A DNA stretch of 64,000 nucleotides from Gammaproteobacteria bacterium (GTDB lineage Bacteria > Pseudomonadota > Gammaproteobacteria > Steroidobacterales > Rariloculaceae). The notes below the pieces were generated by a model. The model saw only the letters and a program-made list of their open reading frames with translations, ran no database searches and was not told the DNA's origin. The position numbers were made by a program, and so were the translations under genes. The DNA lies in NCBI GenBank assembly GCA_022826245.1, contig JAJDVG010000005.1, positions 10,837 to 74,836 of the forward strand, written 5' to 3'. Shown one piece after another: positions 31,967-44,702 of this stretch. The stretch's first letter is position 1. Every line of letters begins with the position of its first letter.

Positions 31967-32043
31967 TGGTAGCGGGGGCAGGATTCGAACCTGCGACCTT
32001 CGGGTTATGAGCCCGACGAGCTGCCTGACTGCTCCACCCCGCA
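31967..32043 (-). tRNA. initiator-type tRNA-Met (CAU)
   Basis: 77-nt cloverleaf folded by hand. Anticodon loop CUCAUAA, three consecutive G:C pairs in the anticodon stem (GGG/CCC), A11:U24, T-loop TTCGAAT, and encoded CCA. Near-identical core to E. coli tRNA-fMet as recalled. Position 1:72 is unpaired (U:U). Confidence 0.88.
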
Positions 32044-32182
32044 CCGGAAGGGCAGGATCATACCGAGGCCGAAAAACCGCCGCAAGACGGAATGTGGCGG
32101 ACCGATCGGGCAATCCCGCACGAAGACGCAAGGCGGAGTCGTATCCCGTCGACTTCGATCGGCTCAATCCGGCGCGCCGATG

Positions 32183-32581
32183 CTACTCTGCGGGTCTTGG
32201 TTTCAGGTCTGCCGGCGCAAAGAACTCGATATGAGAGGAATCTACGAGCGCCTCGACTTCATGCACCGAATACGACGGTATGACGATGACGTCACCGACT
32301 TCCAGCACGTGGTCCGTGCCTTCAACCGCGATTCGATAGCGTCCGGACCGCACCATGAGAATCTGCTCGTTGACGTGACTGTGGGCCGGAAAAATCGTTC
32401 CGGCCGCGTAACGTACGATGTTCATGCGCCCAAGTTCGCCCGGAAACTGCTTGATCGTGACGCCGTCCCGACTGCCTTCGCTCCATTCGAGATCGTCCGA
32501 GCTGACGATCGTCGGATCGGGCGGTGCGGCGAATGCGACCGTTGCAACCAGAACGCCAAGCAGAGTCATCGTTGTTTTCAT
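32183..32581 (-). CDS. secreted cupin-domain protein
   Basis: Signal peptide MKTTMTLLGVLVATVAFAAPP. Cupin motifs GTIFPAHSH and GDVIVIPSYSVHEV. ATGA overlap with the upstream gene. Confidence 0.75.
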   Translation of the reverse strand: MKTTMTLLGVLVATVAFAAPPDPTIVSSDDLEWSEGSRDGVTIKQFPGELGRMNIVRYAAGTIFPAHSHVNEQILMVRSGRYRIAVEGTDHVLEVGDVIVIPSYSVHEVEALVDSSHIEFFAPADLKPRPAE

Positions 32582-33621
32582 AGCGTCGACTCATCCCACT
32601 GACACTCGTAAGCCTGGACTTCCTCACCGGCAAGGTCGGCAAATCGCCGGTCAAGTACCACCGGTTCCGTGAACACGGCTTCGTCGACCACGGTCGCGAT
32701 GTAATCCAGGAATTGGCCGTCCAGGCTCGGAGTGAATCGCTCCAGGATTTCAGTGTTCTCCGTCAACGGGATGCCGTCCTGATCGAACCAGGGCCAGTCG
32801 ATCGCGACGGTCCGAACAACGAGCGACTCACCGTCCCAGCGGCCGGTGGAATAGCCGTAAGGGCCGGGAGTCGGCGATCCATCCGTCTCGGCCATGACTA
32901 TCAGGCGTCGCGCATCGAGTTCCTCGAAGCGAAGCACGACATCGTCGCCGTCTCTGACGAACTCCATCGGGATCGGCGTATCCATGATCGCCGGCATGCC
33001 GTTCGCGCAGTTCACGTAAGGATTCTCGGCGCCGTTGCCCCAGGTACGCTGCATCTCCCTGGCGAACTCCGTGAGCGGATAGCTGTCGTTCCAGAGCGGT
33101 CGCGGCGGCCCCGTTTCGGGCAGCGTCGATTCGTCGAGACTCCATACCTTGAAGATTCCGGGACCGGCGTTCGATTCCGCCGGAGGTGCAGTCGTCCACG
33201 ACGTCCCCACGAGGTCTGCCGTCCACCGAGGCTCGATCGCGCGTGACGATCGCCATTCGCGGCCGTCGGCGAGCAGAAAGTTCTGCATGAAGATCGCGTT
33301 CGTATTTCTGCGGCCCCGATAACCCGCAGCGCGTACGGTGTCACCCACGGAAACCGAGTCGCGTTCAACGCCCGTGCGCAGAATCATCGCAGCAGCCGCC
33401 GCTTCGATGCGCCACTCGGCCTCGATTCCCCCGTCCTCACTGCCTTCAACCGTAATGACCGTGTGCGGATTCGCCCACTGTACGCTGGTCACTCGCCCGG
33501 CCACTTCGGCGATATCGGTCATGTCGTAGTGGATGCTCGCCGCGTGATGCGAGGAGCCGAACTGCGGTAGGAAGAAACTCGGTAGAGCGAAAACGCTCGC
33601 GCGAACAAGGCTTCTGATCAT
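32578..33621 (-). CDS. secreted hypothetical protein with N-terminal DUF6152-like domain
   Basis: Signal-like N-terminus. The pattern HHAASIHYD...VAGRVTSVQWANPH...VGDTVRAAGYRGR resembles DUF6152 proteins as recalled, followed by ~220 unassigned residues. Confidence 0.5.
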   Translation of the reverse strand: MIRSLVRASVFALPSFFLPQFGSSHHAASIHYDMTDIAEVAGRVTSVQWANPHTVITVEGSEDGGIEAEWRIEAAAAAMILRTGVERDSVSVGDTVRAAGYRGRRNTNAIFMQNFLLADGREWRSSRAIEPRWTADLVGTSWTTAPPAESNAGPGIFKVWSLDESTLPETGPPRPLWNDSYPLTEFAREMQRTWGNGAENPYVNCANGMPAIMDTPIPMEFVRDGDDVVLRFEELDARRLIVMAETDGSPTPGPYGYSTGRWDGESLVVRTVAIDWPWFDQDGIPLTENTEILERFTPSLDGQFLDYIATVVDEAVFTEPVVLDRRFADLAGEEVQAYECQWDESTL

Positions 33622-33703
33622 GACACCCCCCGTGACGCCAGAGTCGTGAGCCGTCTCAGACCTTCATCATAACGGCTTTGGGCGGCACAGTTTCAACAAC
33701 CGG

Positions 33704-35125
33704 CTAGAGGACCCGCATGCAAAGCTCGAGCAGATAGCCCGGAAACACGCCGAGCACGAGCAGTCCGAGGCCGTTGACGCTTAGCACGACGCGCATGCCG
33801 CCGGGCGCGGCGATCGGCGCCTCGTCCAGCGGATCGTCGAAGTACATGTACCAGACGACGCGCAGGTAGTAGAACGCACCGACGACGGCCATGAGCACGC
33901 CGAGCACGGCGAACCAGACAAGCCCGGCGTCGATGAGGCTGCCGAGCACGAGCAGCTTGGCATAGAAGCCGATGAACGGCGGCACGCCCGCCATGCTGAA
34001 CATGATCATGAGCATCACGAAGGCGAACCACGGGCTGCGCGCGTTCAGGCCCTTGAAATCCTCCAGTTGCTCGGCCTCGAAACCCTCCCTGCTCAGCAGC
34101 AGGATCATGCCGAACGCGGCGGCGGCCATGATGACGTAGCTCACCGTGTAGAACAGCGCCGCACTGAGCGCATCGTCGCTGCCCGCGATGAACCCCATGA
34201 GGATGAACCCGACGTGCGAGATCGTCGAATAGGCCAGCATGCGCTTGAGATTCGTCTGTGCGATCGCGACGATGTTGCCGATCGCGAGCGACAAGATCGA
34301 CAGCACGATCAACATGCCCTGCCAGCTCGCATGCGCGTCGCCGAGCCCTTCGACGAGCACCCGCCAGGCCAGCGCGAACGCCGCGATCTTGGGCGCCGAA
34401 CCGATGTAGAGCGTCACCGGGGTCGGCGCGCCCTGGTAAACGTCGGGCACCCACATGTGAAACGGCACGGCGCCGAACTTGAACGCAACGCCGACGACGA
34501 TGAACGCGAGACCGACAAGCGCCGGAATGCCCATGCCGTCGGGGCCGGACAGGCGTTCTGCGAGCGTGCCGATCTCGAGCGTCCCGGTAACGCCATAGAG
34601 CAGGGAGATGCCGTACAGCAACGTGCCCGAAGCGATCGCGCCTAGCACGAAGAATTTCATCGCCGACTCGGCCGCCGTCGCCGACTCACGATTGAACGCC
34701 ACGAGCGCATAGAGCGACAGCGACAGGAGTTCGAGGCCAAGATAGATCGTCAACAGGCTGTGGGCCGAGACCATGACCATGATCCCGAGCAGCCCGAAGA
34801 GCCCGAGAATGAAGAACTCGCCCTTGAACAGGTTTCGGCGGGCCAGATAGTCGCGCGAGTAGACAAAAACGAGGGCGACGGCCACGTAGGCGACGAGCTT
34901 GAGCACGCCGGATGCCGCATCGGCCACGAAGCTTCCGAAAAACGTCGTGACCGGTTCGTCCACGAAGAACAAGGCCGAACAGGCGGCCGTGCCGAGCAAC
35001 GCGGCCAACGACAGCCAATAGGTGATCATCCGCTGCTCGTCGCGCAGGAACACGTCGACGAGCAGCACGACGCAGATCGCCGTGGCGAGAAATATCTCCG
35101 CTGCTGCCGGGTAGTAGTCGATCAT
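33704..35125 (-). CDS. nuoN: NADH-quinone oxidoreductase subunit N
   Basis: Antiporter-like multi-TM protein in the last position of the nuo operon. Confidence 0.92.
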   Translation of the reverse strand: MIDYYPAAAEIFLATAICVVLLVDVFLRDEQRMITYWLSLAALLGTAACSALFFVDEPVTTFFGSFVADAASGVLKLVAYVAVALVFVYSRDYLARRNLFKGEFFILGLFGLLGIMVMVSAHSLLTIYLGLELLSLSLYALVAFNRESATAAESAMKFFVLGAIASGTLLYGISLLYGVTGTLEIGTLAERLSGPDGMGIPALVGLAFIVVGVAFKFGAVPFHMWVPDVYQGAPTPVTLYIGSAPKIAAFALAWRVLVEGLGDAHASWQGMLIVLSILSLAIGNIVAIAQTNLKRMLAYSTISHVGFILMGFIAGSDDALSAALFYTVSYVIMAAAAFGMILLLSREGFEAEQLEDFKGLNARSPWFAFVMLMIMFSMAGVPPFIGFYAKLLVLGSLIDAGLVWFAVLGVLMAVVGAFYYLRVVWYMYFDDPLDEAPIAAPGGMRVVLSVNGLGLLVLGVFPGYLLELCMRVL

Positions 35126-35138
35126 CTGCCGCCCATCG

Positions 35139-36647
35139 CTATAGCTTCGATTCCATTACGTGAGCAAGAAGCTCGCGCAGGGTCGTGTCCATTGCCTCGA
35201 CCAGAGGATCCGGCCACACGCCGAGCGCCAGCACCGACACGGCGAGAATCCCGAGGATCAGGAACTCGCGCCGTCCGACATCCTCGAGCGCCGCCACGCC
35301 GTCGTTGCCGACTTCGCCGAAGATCACGCGCTTGACCATCCACAATGTGTAGGCCGCACCGAACACGAGGATCGTCGCCGCCGTGAACGCAAGCCAGAAA
35401 CTCGCGTGGAAACTGCCGAGAATGACGAAGAACTCGCCGACGAAACCGGATGTGCCGGGCAGGCCGGCGTTGGCAAGCGCGAACAGCACGACGAACGCGG
35501 CGAACTTCGGCATCGTGTTCGCAACTCCGCCGTAGGCGCCGATCTCGCGGCTGTGCAGTCGGTCGTACATGACGCCGACGCACAGGAACAGCGCCCCCGA
35601 GATCAGCCCGTGCGAAATCATCTGCACCATGCCGCCCTGCAGCGCCAGCATCGCGCCGGCTTCGTCCTGGGAATTGGCGATCGTCGCGAAGATCACGAAA
35701 AAGCCGAGCGTGACGAAGCCCATGTGAGCGATCGACGAGTAGGCGATGAGCTTCTTCATGTCCTTCTGTACGAGGGCCACGAAGGCGATGTACACGATCG
35801 CGATCAACGACAGCCCGATCATGAGCCAGGCGAGCGACTGGCTCGCATCGGGCGTGATCGGCAGACTGAAGCGCAGGAAGCCGTAACCGCCCATCTTGAG
35901 CAGCACGGCCGCCAGAATCACGGAGCCGCCCGTGGGCGCCTCGACGTGCGCGTCCGGCAGCCAGGTGTGGACCGGCCACATCGGCACCTTGACCGCGAAG
36001 GCGATCAGAAACGCGAGAAAGATCAGGATCTGCTCGTTCATGCCGAGCGGCAGCTCGTGGAACGCGAGGATCGAGTAGCTGCCCGCCTGCAGATACATGT
36101 AGATCAGCGCCACCAGCATGAAGACGGAGCCTAGGAAGGTGTACAGGAAGAACTTGACGGTCGCGTAAATGCGCCGTTCCCCACCCCACACGCCGATGAT
36201 GATGAACATCGGTACGAGCATCGCTTCCCAGAACACGTAGAACAGCAGCGCGTCGAGCGCGCAGAAAACCCCGATCATGAGGCCTTCGAGCAGCAGGAAA
36301 GCGGCGAAGTACTGGGCGGGCCGGGTCTGGATCACCTCCCAGCCCGCGATGACCACGATCGGGGTCAGGAACGCGGTCAGGAGGATCAGGGGCATCGAGA
36401 TGCCGTCGACGCCGAGCTCGTAGAACGAGTTGAAAGCGCCGATCCAGGGCATGCGCTCGACGAAGTGCATGCCTGCATGGTCCGGGTAGAAACCGATATA
36501 CAGATGAATGGCGACGACAAACGTCATGAGCGAAACGCCGAGCGCGACCCATCGCGCCAGTTCCGCCCGCCGCGAACCGAGCAGCAGCACGGCGACCGCC
36601 CCCGCGATGGGCAGCCAGATCGAGATGCTCAGGAGCGGCACGTACAT
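35139..36647 (-). CDS. nuoM: NADH-quinone oxidoreductase subunit M
   Basis: Antiporter-like subunit (VKVPMWPVHTWLPDAHVEAPT motif), in operon position. Confidence 0.93.
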   Translation of the reverse strand: MYVPLLSISIWLPIAGAVAVLLLGSRRAELARWVALGVSLMTFVVAIHLYIGFYPDHAGMHFVERMPWIGAFNSFYELGVDGISMPLILLTAFLTPIVVIAGWEVIQTRPAQYFAAFLLLEGLMIGVFCALDALLFYVFWEAMLVPMFIIIGVWGGERRIYATVKFFLYTFLGSVFMLVALIYMYLQAGSYSILAFHELPLGMNEQILIFLAFLIAFAVKVPMWPVHTWLPDAHVEAPTGGSVILAAVLLKMGGYGFLRFSLPITPDASQSLAWLMIGLSLIAIVYIAFVALVQKDMKKLIAYSSIAHMGFVTLGFFVIFATIANSQDEAGAMLALQGGMVQMISHGLISGALFLCVGVMYDRLHSREIGAYGGVANTMPKFAAFVVLFALANAGLPGTSGFVGEFFVILGSFHASFWLAFTAATILVFGAAYTLWMVKRVIFGEVGNDGVAALEDVGRREFLILGILAVSVLALGVWPDPLVEAMDTTLRELLAHVMESKL

Positions 36648-36653
36648 GGCCGG

Positions 36654-38612
<1,959 letters not shown>

Positions 38613-38628
38613 GCCTGCGTCCCCGTAC

Positions 38629-38934
38629 CTATCCCTTCAGCGTGTCCATCTCGTCGACATTGATGCTGCGCGTGTTGCGGAACAGCACGACGAGGATCGC
38701 AAGCCCGATCGCCGCTTCGGCCGCGGCCACCGTCAGGATGAAGAACACGAACACCTGGCCGAGCGTGTCGCCGAGCAGGCGCGAGAACGCGATGAAGTTG
38801 AAGTTCACGGCCAGCAGCATGAGCTCGATGCACATGAGCAGCACGATCACGTTCCTGCGATTGATGAAGATGCCGGCGACGCTCACGCTGAAGAGCACGG
38901 CAGCCAGGACGAGGTAATGGGCGACGGTGACCAT
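38629..38934 (-). CDS. nuoK: NADH-quinone oxidoreductase subunit K
   Basis: 101 aa, 3 TM helices, [12 protein letters not shown] motif. Confidence 0.93.
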   Translation of the reverse strand: MVTVAHYLVLAAVLFSVSVAGIFINRRNVIVLLMCIELMLLAVNFNFIAFSRLLGDTLGQVFVFFILTVAAAEAAIGLAILVVLFRNTRSINVDEMDTLKG

Positions 38935-38938
38935 GCGC

Positions 38939-39538
38939 TCAGTCCTTCGTCGGCTCGACCTTGACGAGGCGCACGCGGTCTTCGCGCCGGACGGCGACCT
39001 GCTTCGCGACGTTCTGCGCCTTGAGGCCGGGACGGCGGCGCATCGTCAACGTGATGGCAGCGACGATCGCGAGCAGCAGGATCACCGCGGCGATCTCGAA
39101 CGCGTAGACGTGCTCGGTATAGAGCACGCTGCCGAGTTCGCGCGTATTGCTGTAGTCGGCGGGGAACGGCTCCGGCGTCGACAGGAACTGCATGCCCTCG
39201 CTGCGGAACCACACGACATGACCGATCTCGACAGCCACGAGCAACGCGACGAGCCCGCCGATCCACACGTATCGCGTGAAGCCCTCGCGCATCGTCTCGA
39301 CGTTGATGTCGAGCATCATCACGACGAAGAGCAACAGCACCATGACCGCGCCGACGTAGACGAGCACGAGCACTATCGCGAGGAATTCCGCCTCCATGAG
39401 GAGCCACAGCGCGGCGCTCTGCACGAAGGCGAGCACGAGGAACAACGCCGCGTGCACGGGGTTGCGCGCCGTGATCACGCCGAACGCCGCGATCAGCAGG
39501 ATCGCCGCGAAGGCATAGAACAGAATCGTCGGAATCAA
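38939..39538 (-). CDS. nuoJ: NADH-quinone oxidoreductase subunit J
   Basis: TTG start, 199 aa, TM-rich, in operon position between nuoI and nuoK. Confidence 0.88.
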   Translation of the reverse strand: MIPTILFYAFAAILLIAAFGVITARNPVHAALFLVLAFVQSAALWLLMEAEFLAIVLVLVYVGAVMVLLLFVVMMLDINVETMREGFTRYVWIGGLVALLVAVEIGHVVWFRSEGMQFLSTPEPFPADYSNTRELGSVLYTEHVYAFEIAAVILLLAIVAAITLTMRRRPGLKAQNVAKQVAVRREDRVRLVKVEPTKD

Positions 39539-39571
39539 GGTCTCGTCACTTTCCTTGCCGGATCCGCCCGC

Positions 39572-40051
39572 TCACCGGTAGTCGGCGTCGGCCGACTTGT
39601 CCGCGGCGATCATCGCTTCGTACTTGTCGCCGACCGCGAGCAGCTTGTCTTTCGTCATGATGTTCTCGCCGCGGGCTTCCATGTGGTACTCGTGGATGCG
39701 CGTCTCCACGATCGCGTCGACCGGGCAGGCCTCCTCGCAGAACCCGCAGTAGATGCACTTGAAGAGATCGATGTCGTAACGCGACGTGCGCCGCGTGCCG
39801 TCCGGTCCGACCTCCGACTCGATCGTGATCGCAAGTGCGGGACAGACCGCCTCGCAAAGCTTGCAGGCGATGCACCGTTCCTGGCCGTTCGGGTAGCGGC
39901 GCAGGGCGTGCAGGCCGCGAAACCGCGGCGACTGAGGAGTTTTCTCTTCCGGGTATTGGACCGTGATCTTCTTCACGAACAGGTTGCTGAACGTCAGGCG
40001 AAGCCCCCTGGCGAGTTCCGTCATGAGGAATGTCTTGACCGGATTCCGCAC
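39572..40051 (-). CDS. nuoI: NADH-quinone oxidoreductase subunit I
   Basis: GTG start. Two 4Fe-4S ferredoxin motifs: [12 protein letters not shown] and [12 protein letters not shown]. Confidence 0.93.
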   Translation of the reverse strand: MRNPVKTFLMTELARGLRLTFSNLFVKKITVQYPEEKTPQSPRFRGLHALRRYPNGQERCIACKLCEAVCPALAITIESEVGPDGTRRTSRYDIDLFKCIYCGFCEEACPVDAIVETRIHEYHMEARGENIMTKDKLLAVGDKYEAMIAADKSADADYR

Positions 40052-40060
40052 GTCGACCTC

Positions 40061-41158
40061 CTAGATGCCTGCCGCCCACGGCCCGATCTCGAACGCCGCC
40101 ATGACGCCTTCCACGGCGATCCAGACGATCGTGATCGGTATGAAGACCTTCCAGCCGAGCCGCATGATCTGGTCATAGCGGTAACGCGGGAAGGTCGCCC
40201 GGAACCAGAGGAAGCAGAAGCTGAAGAACGCCATCTTCGCCGCGAGCCAGCCGAAGCTCGGCGCGGCGATCCAGGTTTCAGCGAGCCCCGGCACGCCCGC
40301 GAACGGCGAGAGCCACCCGCCGAGAAAGAAAGTCGCCGTAAGCGCCGTGATCAGGATCATGTTCGCGTATTCGGCGACGAAAAAGAGCCCGAAGCCGATG
40401 CCGCCGTACTCGACGTGAAACCCCGCGACGATTTCCGATTCGCCTTCCGCGACATCGAACGGCGAGCGATTCGTTTCGGCAACGCCGGAAATGAAATAGA
40501 CGAGAAACAGCGGGAACAACGGCCACAGGAACCACGACAGCACGCTCGTGCCTTCCTGGGCGCGCACGATATCCCCGAGATTCAGGCTCCCGCCGGCCAT
40601 CAGCACGCCGACGAGCGCGAATCCCATCGCGATCTCGTAAGCGACGATCTGCGCCGCGCAGCGCATGGCGCCGAGAAAGGCGTACTTCGAATTCGAAGCC
40701 CAGCCGGCCAGGATCACGCCGTACACTCCCATCGAGGTCAGCGCGAGCACGTAGAGGAGCCCGGCGTTGATGTCGGCGATCACGAACGACTCGCTCATCG
40801 GTACGGCCGCCCACACGGCGAGAGCAGGTATCAGCGCGACGATCGGCGCCAGCAGAAACAGGAAGCGGTTCGCATTGCCGGGAACGATGACCTGCTTGAA
40901 CAGCATCTTGATCAGGTCGGCGAAGGGCTGCAGAACGCCTTCCCAGCCGACCCGATTGGGGCCGAGGCGGTTCTGTATCCAGCCGATGATCCTGCGTTCC
41001 CAGTACGTGAAATAGGCAACGGCGATGAACAGCGGAACGACGACGACCAGGATCTTGAACAGGTCCACGAGCACGAAGCGGACGAACTCCGGCAAGGCTG
41101 CCCACACGGCGGTGAGCCGGAGTTCGGTGTCGGCGAGCATGCCCGTGAGCCAGTCCAT
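40061..41158 (-). CDS. nuoH: NADH-quinone oxidoreductase subunit H
   Basis: ORF 40061..41581 trimmed to Met142, whose ATG overlaps the nuoG stop by 1 nt. [19 protein letters not shown] motif. Confidence 0.92.
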   Translation of the reverse strand: MDWLTGMLADTELRLTAVWAALPEFVRFVLVDLFKILVVVVPLFIAVAYFTYWERRIIGWIQNRLGPNRVGWEGVLQPFADLIKMLFKQVIVPGNANRFLFLLAPIVALIPALAVWAAVPMSESFVIADINAGLLYVLALTSMGVYGVILAGWASNSKYAFLGAMRCAAQIVAYEIAMGFALVGVLMAGGSLNLGDIVRAQEGTSVLSWFLWPLFPLFLVYFISGVAETNRSPFDVAEGESEIVAGFHVEYGGIGFGLFFVAEYANMILITALTATFFLGGWLSPFAGVPGLAETWIAAPSFGWLAAKMAFFSFCFLWFRATFPRYRYDQIMRLGWKVFIPITIVWIAVEGVMAAFEIGPWAAGI

Positions 41159-43368
41159 CACGACGCGCTCGCTGCCAGGGGTTCTTCGGATTCGTCCCGA
41201 GCGCGGCCGAGAACCGTCTCCTGCAAGGGCTCGGAGCGGCGTACGACCGCATCGACGGCGTAAATCGGGACATCGAGTACGGCCGGGTCGACATCGACGG
41301 GCTCGAGCGCCGCGATGCTCAGGCTGCCGCGATAGCTGTTGTCCGGCGGCGGTGCTTCGCCAAGTTCCCGACGCAGCGCATCGCGCACATCCGCGGCACT
41401 GCGGTAGTCGAAGTCGGCCAGGCCGAGCGCATTGCCGAGCACGCGCAGCACGCGCCAGCCCGGCCGCGCGTCGCCGACCGGGTCGGCCGCCGCATCGAAA
41501 CTCTGCCAGGCGCCTTCGGCGTTGACGTAAGTGCCGGCCGTTTCGGCAAACGTGCCGATCGGCAACAAAACGTCCGCGCATTCCAGCAACGCATCGTTGA
41601 CATACGCCGTGAAACCCACGACTGCATCGGCCGACATGAGCGCGGCCTCGGCCAATTCGCTCTCGGCCATGTCGCGGTCCGGTTCGATCCCGAACAGAAT
41701 GTAGCCGCGCCGCGGTGAACTCAGCATGCCGTGGACATCGTAGCCCGCGGCTTGCGCCGCAGTGCCGCCGATGCCGCGGTGCGGCAGGCAGCCGGCGAGC
41801 GCGGCGCCCACTGAATTCGCGCTTTCCGGAAGATAGCCGAGTTGACCGCCCACGAGTTCCGCAAGCGCGGCGGCGAGCACGCGGATATCGGCAAACCGCG
41901 GGTGCCGCTGGGCGATGTGGCCGAGCAGCACGAGCGTACGTTCCTTGCCGAGCAGCACTCTCGCTGCCGCACGATGTTCGGCTTCCACGACTGCGCCGGA
42001 CACGGCTTCGGCCACATGCTCGGGAGCCGGCTTGTCGAGATCTTCTGCGGCCGCGGCCAGCACGCCCGCCAGCGAACGCGTGAAGTCCGCGAACGGCGCT
42101 TCGACGAAGGCCGAGTCGAACAGATACTCATAGTCGCAGGGATTGACGAACCCGACGTCGGCGCCGGCGAGCGCGGCCTTGCGGACGCGATGCGCAAGGA
42201 TCGGCACCTCCGTTCGCAGGTTCGACCCGACGAGCAGTATGCCCTCGAGTTGCTCGAGCCCCGCGATCGACGAGCCGAGCCACGGCCAGACCGGATCCGC
42301 CTGCTGGTCGCGGAAGTCGGTCCGCCGCAACCGGTGATCGAGGTGAGCGGTGCCAAGGCCCGCAGCCATGCGCTGGAGCAGGTACAGCTCCGCGAGCGTC
42401 GAACCGGGCGAAGCGAGGATGCCGAGCCCGTCGCCTTCGTCCGCCACGGCGCCCGCAATCGCTTCCGCGGCGCTCGCGAGCGCTTCCTGCCACGTCACCT
42501 CGAGCCATTCGCGATCGCGCTTGATCATCGGGACGTTGAGCCGATCCTCGGTGTAGATGCCATGGCAACTGTAGCGGTCGCGGTCCGCTATCCACGTCTC
42601 GTTGATCGCCTCGTTCTCGCGCGGCACGACGCGCTTGAGCGTCCCGCGCAGCACGTGGCCGTAGAGGTTCGACCCCGCGCAGTCGTGCGGGGAGATCATC
42701 GGCCTGACGGCCATCTCCCAGGCGCGTGCGCTGAAGCGGTAGGGCTTGTTGTTCAGGGCGCCCACGGGGCAAAGATCGATGATGTTCCCGGAAAGCTCGT
42801 GGTCGACGCTCTGCTCGATGTACGTGCCGATTTCCATGTGCTCGCTGCGGCCGACAGCGCCAAGTTCCTGAATTCCCGTAATTTCCTGCCCGAAGCGGAC
42901 GCAGCGCGTGCAGTGGATGCAACGGGTCATGTCGGTCGAGACGAGCGGCCCGAGGTTCTTGTCGGCCACGACACGCTTCTTCTCCGTGTAGCGCGATACG
43001 CCGCGGCCGAAACCGAGCGCGAGATCCTGCAGCTCGCATTCGCCGCCCTGGTCGCAGATCGGGCAATCGAGCGGGTGGTTGATGAGCAGGAACTCCATCG
43101 TGGCCTTCTGCGCGGAGATCGCGCGCGCGGAGCGCGTGGAGACCTTCATGCCGTCGGTGACCGGTGTCGCGCAGGCTGGCAACGGCTTCGGCGCGCGCTC
43201 GACGTCCACGAGACACATGCGGCAGTTCGCCGCGACCGAGAGCTTGCCGTGATAGCAGAATCGCGGCACGTAGATGCCGATGCGATCGGTGACATCGATC
43301 AACATCTGCCCTGCGCGCGCCTCGACCGGCTTGCCGTCGACTTCGATGCTGACTGTCTTTTCGTCCAT
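41158..43368 (-). CDS. nuoG: NADH-quinone oxidoreductase subunit G
   Basis: N-terminal 2Fe-2S and 4Fe-4S Cys clusters ([37 protein letters not shown]) and a molybdopterin-oxidoreductase-like body. Confidence 0.93.
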   Translation of the reverse strand: MDEKTVSIEVDGKPVEARAGQMLIDVTDRIGIYVPRFCYHGKLSVAANCRMCLVDVERAPKPLPACATPVTDGMKVSTRSARAISAQKATMEFLLINHPLDCPICDQGGECELQDLALGFGRGVSRYTEKKRVVADKNLGPLVSTDMTRCIHCTRCVRFGQEITGIQELGAVGRSEHMEIGTYIEQSVDHELSGNIIDLCPVGALNNKPYRFSARAWEMAVRPMISPHDCAGSNLYGHVLRGTLKRVVPRENEAINETWIADRDRYSCHGIYTEDRLNVPMIKRDREWLEVTWQEALASAAEAIAGAVADEGDGLGILASPGSTLAELYLLQRMAAGLGTAHLDHRLRRTDFRDQQADPVWPWLGSSIAGLEQLEGILLVGSNLRTEVPILAHRVRKAALAGADVGFVNPCDYEYLFDSAFVEAPFADFTRSLAGVLAAAAEDLDKPAPEHVAEAVSGAVVEAEHRAAARVLLGKERTLVLLGHIAQRHPRFADIRVLAAALAELVGGQLGYLPESANSVGAALAGCLPHRGIGGTAAQAAGYDVHGMLSSPRRGYILFGIEPDRDMAESELAEAALMSADAVVGFTAYVNDALLECADVLLPIGTFAETAGTYVNAEGAWQSFDAAADPVGDARPGWRVLRVLGNALGLADFDYRSAADVRDALRRELGEAPPPDNSYRGSLSIAALEPVDVDPAVLDVPIYAVDAVVRRSEPLQETVLGRARDESEEPLAASAS

Positions 43369-43395
43369 GCTCGGGTCCGTGCCGGGGTCGCCGGC

Positions 43396-44700
43396 TCAGG
43401 CTGCGGCCGCGTCGGGCGCCGCAACGATGCTTCTGCCGCCGTGGTCGATCATGTACTCGAACTCATGACGGAAGTGCTTGAGGAAACTCTGCACCGGCCA
43501 AGCCGCGGCATCGCCGAGCGCGCAAATCGTGTGACCTTCGATCTTGTTGGCGACATCGACGAGCATGTCGAGATCGGCATGCGTCCCCGTGCCCTCCATG
43601 ACCCGCGTGAGCACCCGGTAGAGCCAGCCCGTGCCTTCCCGGCATGGCGTGCACTGCCCGCAGGACTCCGCGTAGTAGAAGCGCGAGATGCGCCGCAGCA
43701 TGCCCACCATGCAGGTCGTCTCGTCCATGACGACGACGGCGCCCGTGCCGAGGCTCGAGCCCGCCGCCTTGATCGCGTCGAAATCCATCGTCGCGTCGAT
43801 AATGTTCCCGGCCGGCATCACGGGCACGGAGGAGCCGCCGGGAATCACGGCCTTGAGCTCCCGGCCGCCGAGCATGCCGCCGGCGATCTCGAGCAGCTTC
43901 CGAAACGGTATCCCGAGCGGCAGCTCGTAGTTGCCCGGTCTCTCTACGTGGCCGGAGATCGAGAAAATCGCCGTGCCGCTCGATCCCTCGACGCCGACGT
44001 CGACGAACCACTGCGGCCCCTTGAGGATGATCGTCGGAATCGAGGCGAGGCTCTGGGTGTTGTTGATCGTCGTCGGTGCGCCGTAGAGTCCGTGCTGCGC
44101 CGGAAACGGCGGCTTGAAGCGCGGCTTGCCGGGTTTGCCTTCGAGCGACTCGAGCAAGCCCGTCTCCTCGCCGCAGATGTAGGCGCCGGCGCCGACGAAG
44201 GTATGGATATCGACATCGATACCCGAGCCCCGGATATCCTTGCCGAGCCAGCCCGCGTCGTAGGCTTCCTGCAACGCGGCCTCGAATCGCGGCACCGGCT
44301 CGTCGATGAACTCGCCCCGGATGTAGTTGTAGGCCACCGTCGCGCCCATCGCGTAGGCGGAGATCGCCATCCCCTCTATCAGGGAGTGGGGGTTCAGCCG
44401 CAGGATCTCGCGATCGTGGCAGGTGCCGGGTTCGCTCTCGTCGGAATTGCACACGAGGTATTTCTGCATCGGCGCTTCGCGCGGCATGAAGCTGTGCTTG
44501 AGCCCGGTCGGGAAGCCTGCCCCGCCCCGGCCGCGCAAGCCCGAGGCCTTGACCTGCTCGATGATCGCCGCGCGGTCGAGCTCGCCGTCGAGGACTCTCT
44601 GCCACGCCCGGTAGCCGCCGACGCTGAGGTAATTGTCGAGTGACCACGGCTCGCTGTCGAAGCCGCGCGTCGCGAAACAGACGAGATCGTGTTCAGGCAC
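43396..44700 (-). CDS. nuoF: NADH-quinone oxidoreductase subunit F
   Basis: GTG start. GLRGRGGAGFPTG, FMN/NADH motif GAGAYICGEETGLLESLEG, and the 4Fe-4S motif ESCGQCTPCREG. Confidence 0.95.
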   Translation of the reverse strand: MPEHDLVCFATRGFDSEPWSLDNYLSVGGYRAWQRVLDGELDRAAIIEQVKASGLRGRGGAGFPTGLKHSFMPREAPMQKYLVCNSDESEPGTCHDREILRLNPHSLIEGMAISAYAMGATVAYNYIRGEFIDEPVPRFEAALQEAYDAGWLGKDIRGSGIDVDIHTFVGAGAYICGEETGLLESLEGKPGKPRFKPPFPAQHGLYGAPTTINNTQSLASIPTIILKGPQWFVDVGVEGSSGTAIFSISGHVERPGNYELPLGIPFRKLLEIAGGMLGGRELKAVIPGGSSVPVMPAGNIIDATMDFDAIKAAGSSLGTGAVVVMDETTCMVGMLRRISRFYYAESCGQCTPCREGTGWLYRVLTRVMEGTGTHADLDMLVDVANKIEGHTICALGDAAAWPVQSFLKHFRHEFEYMIDHGGRSIVAAPDAAAA

Positions 44701-44702
44701 GG

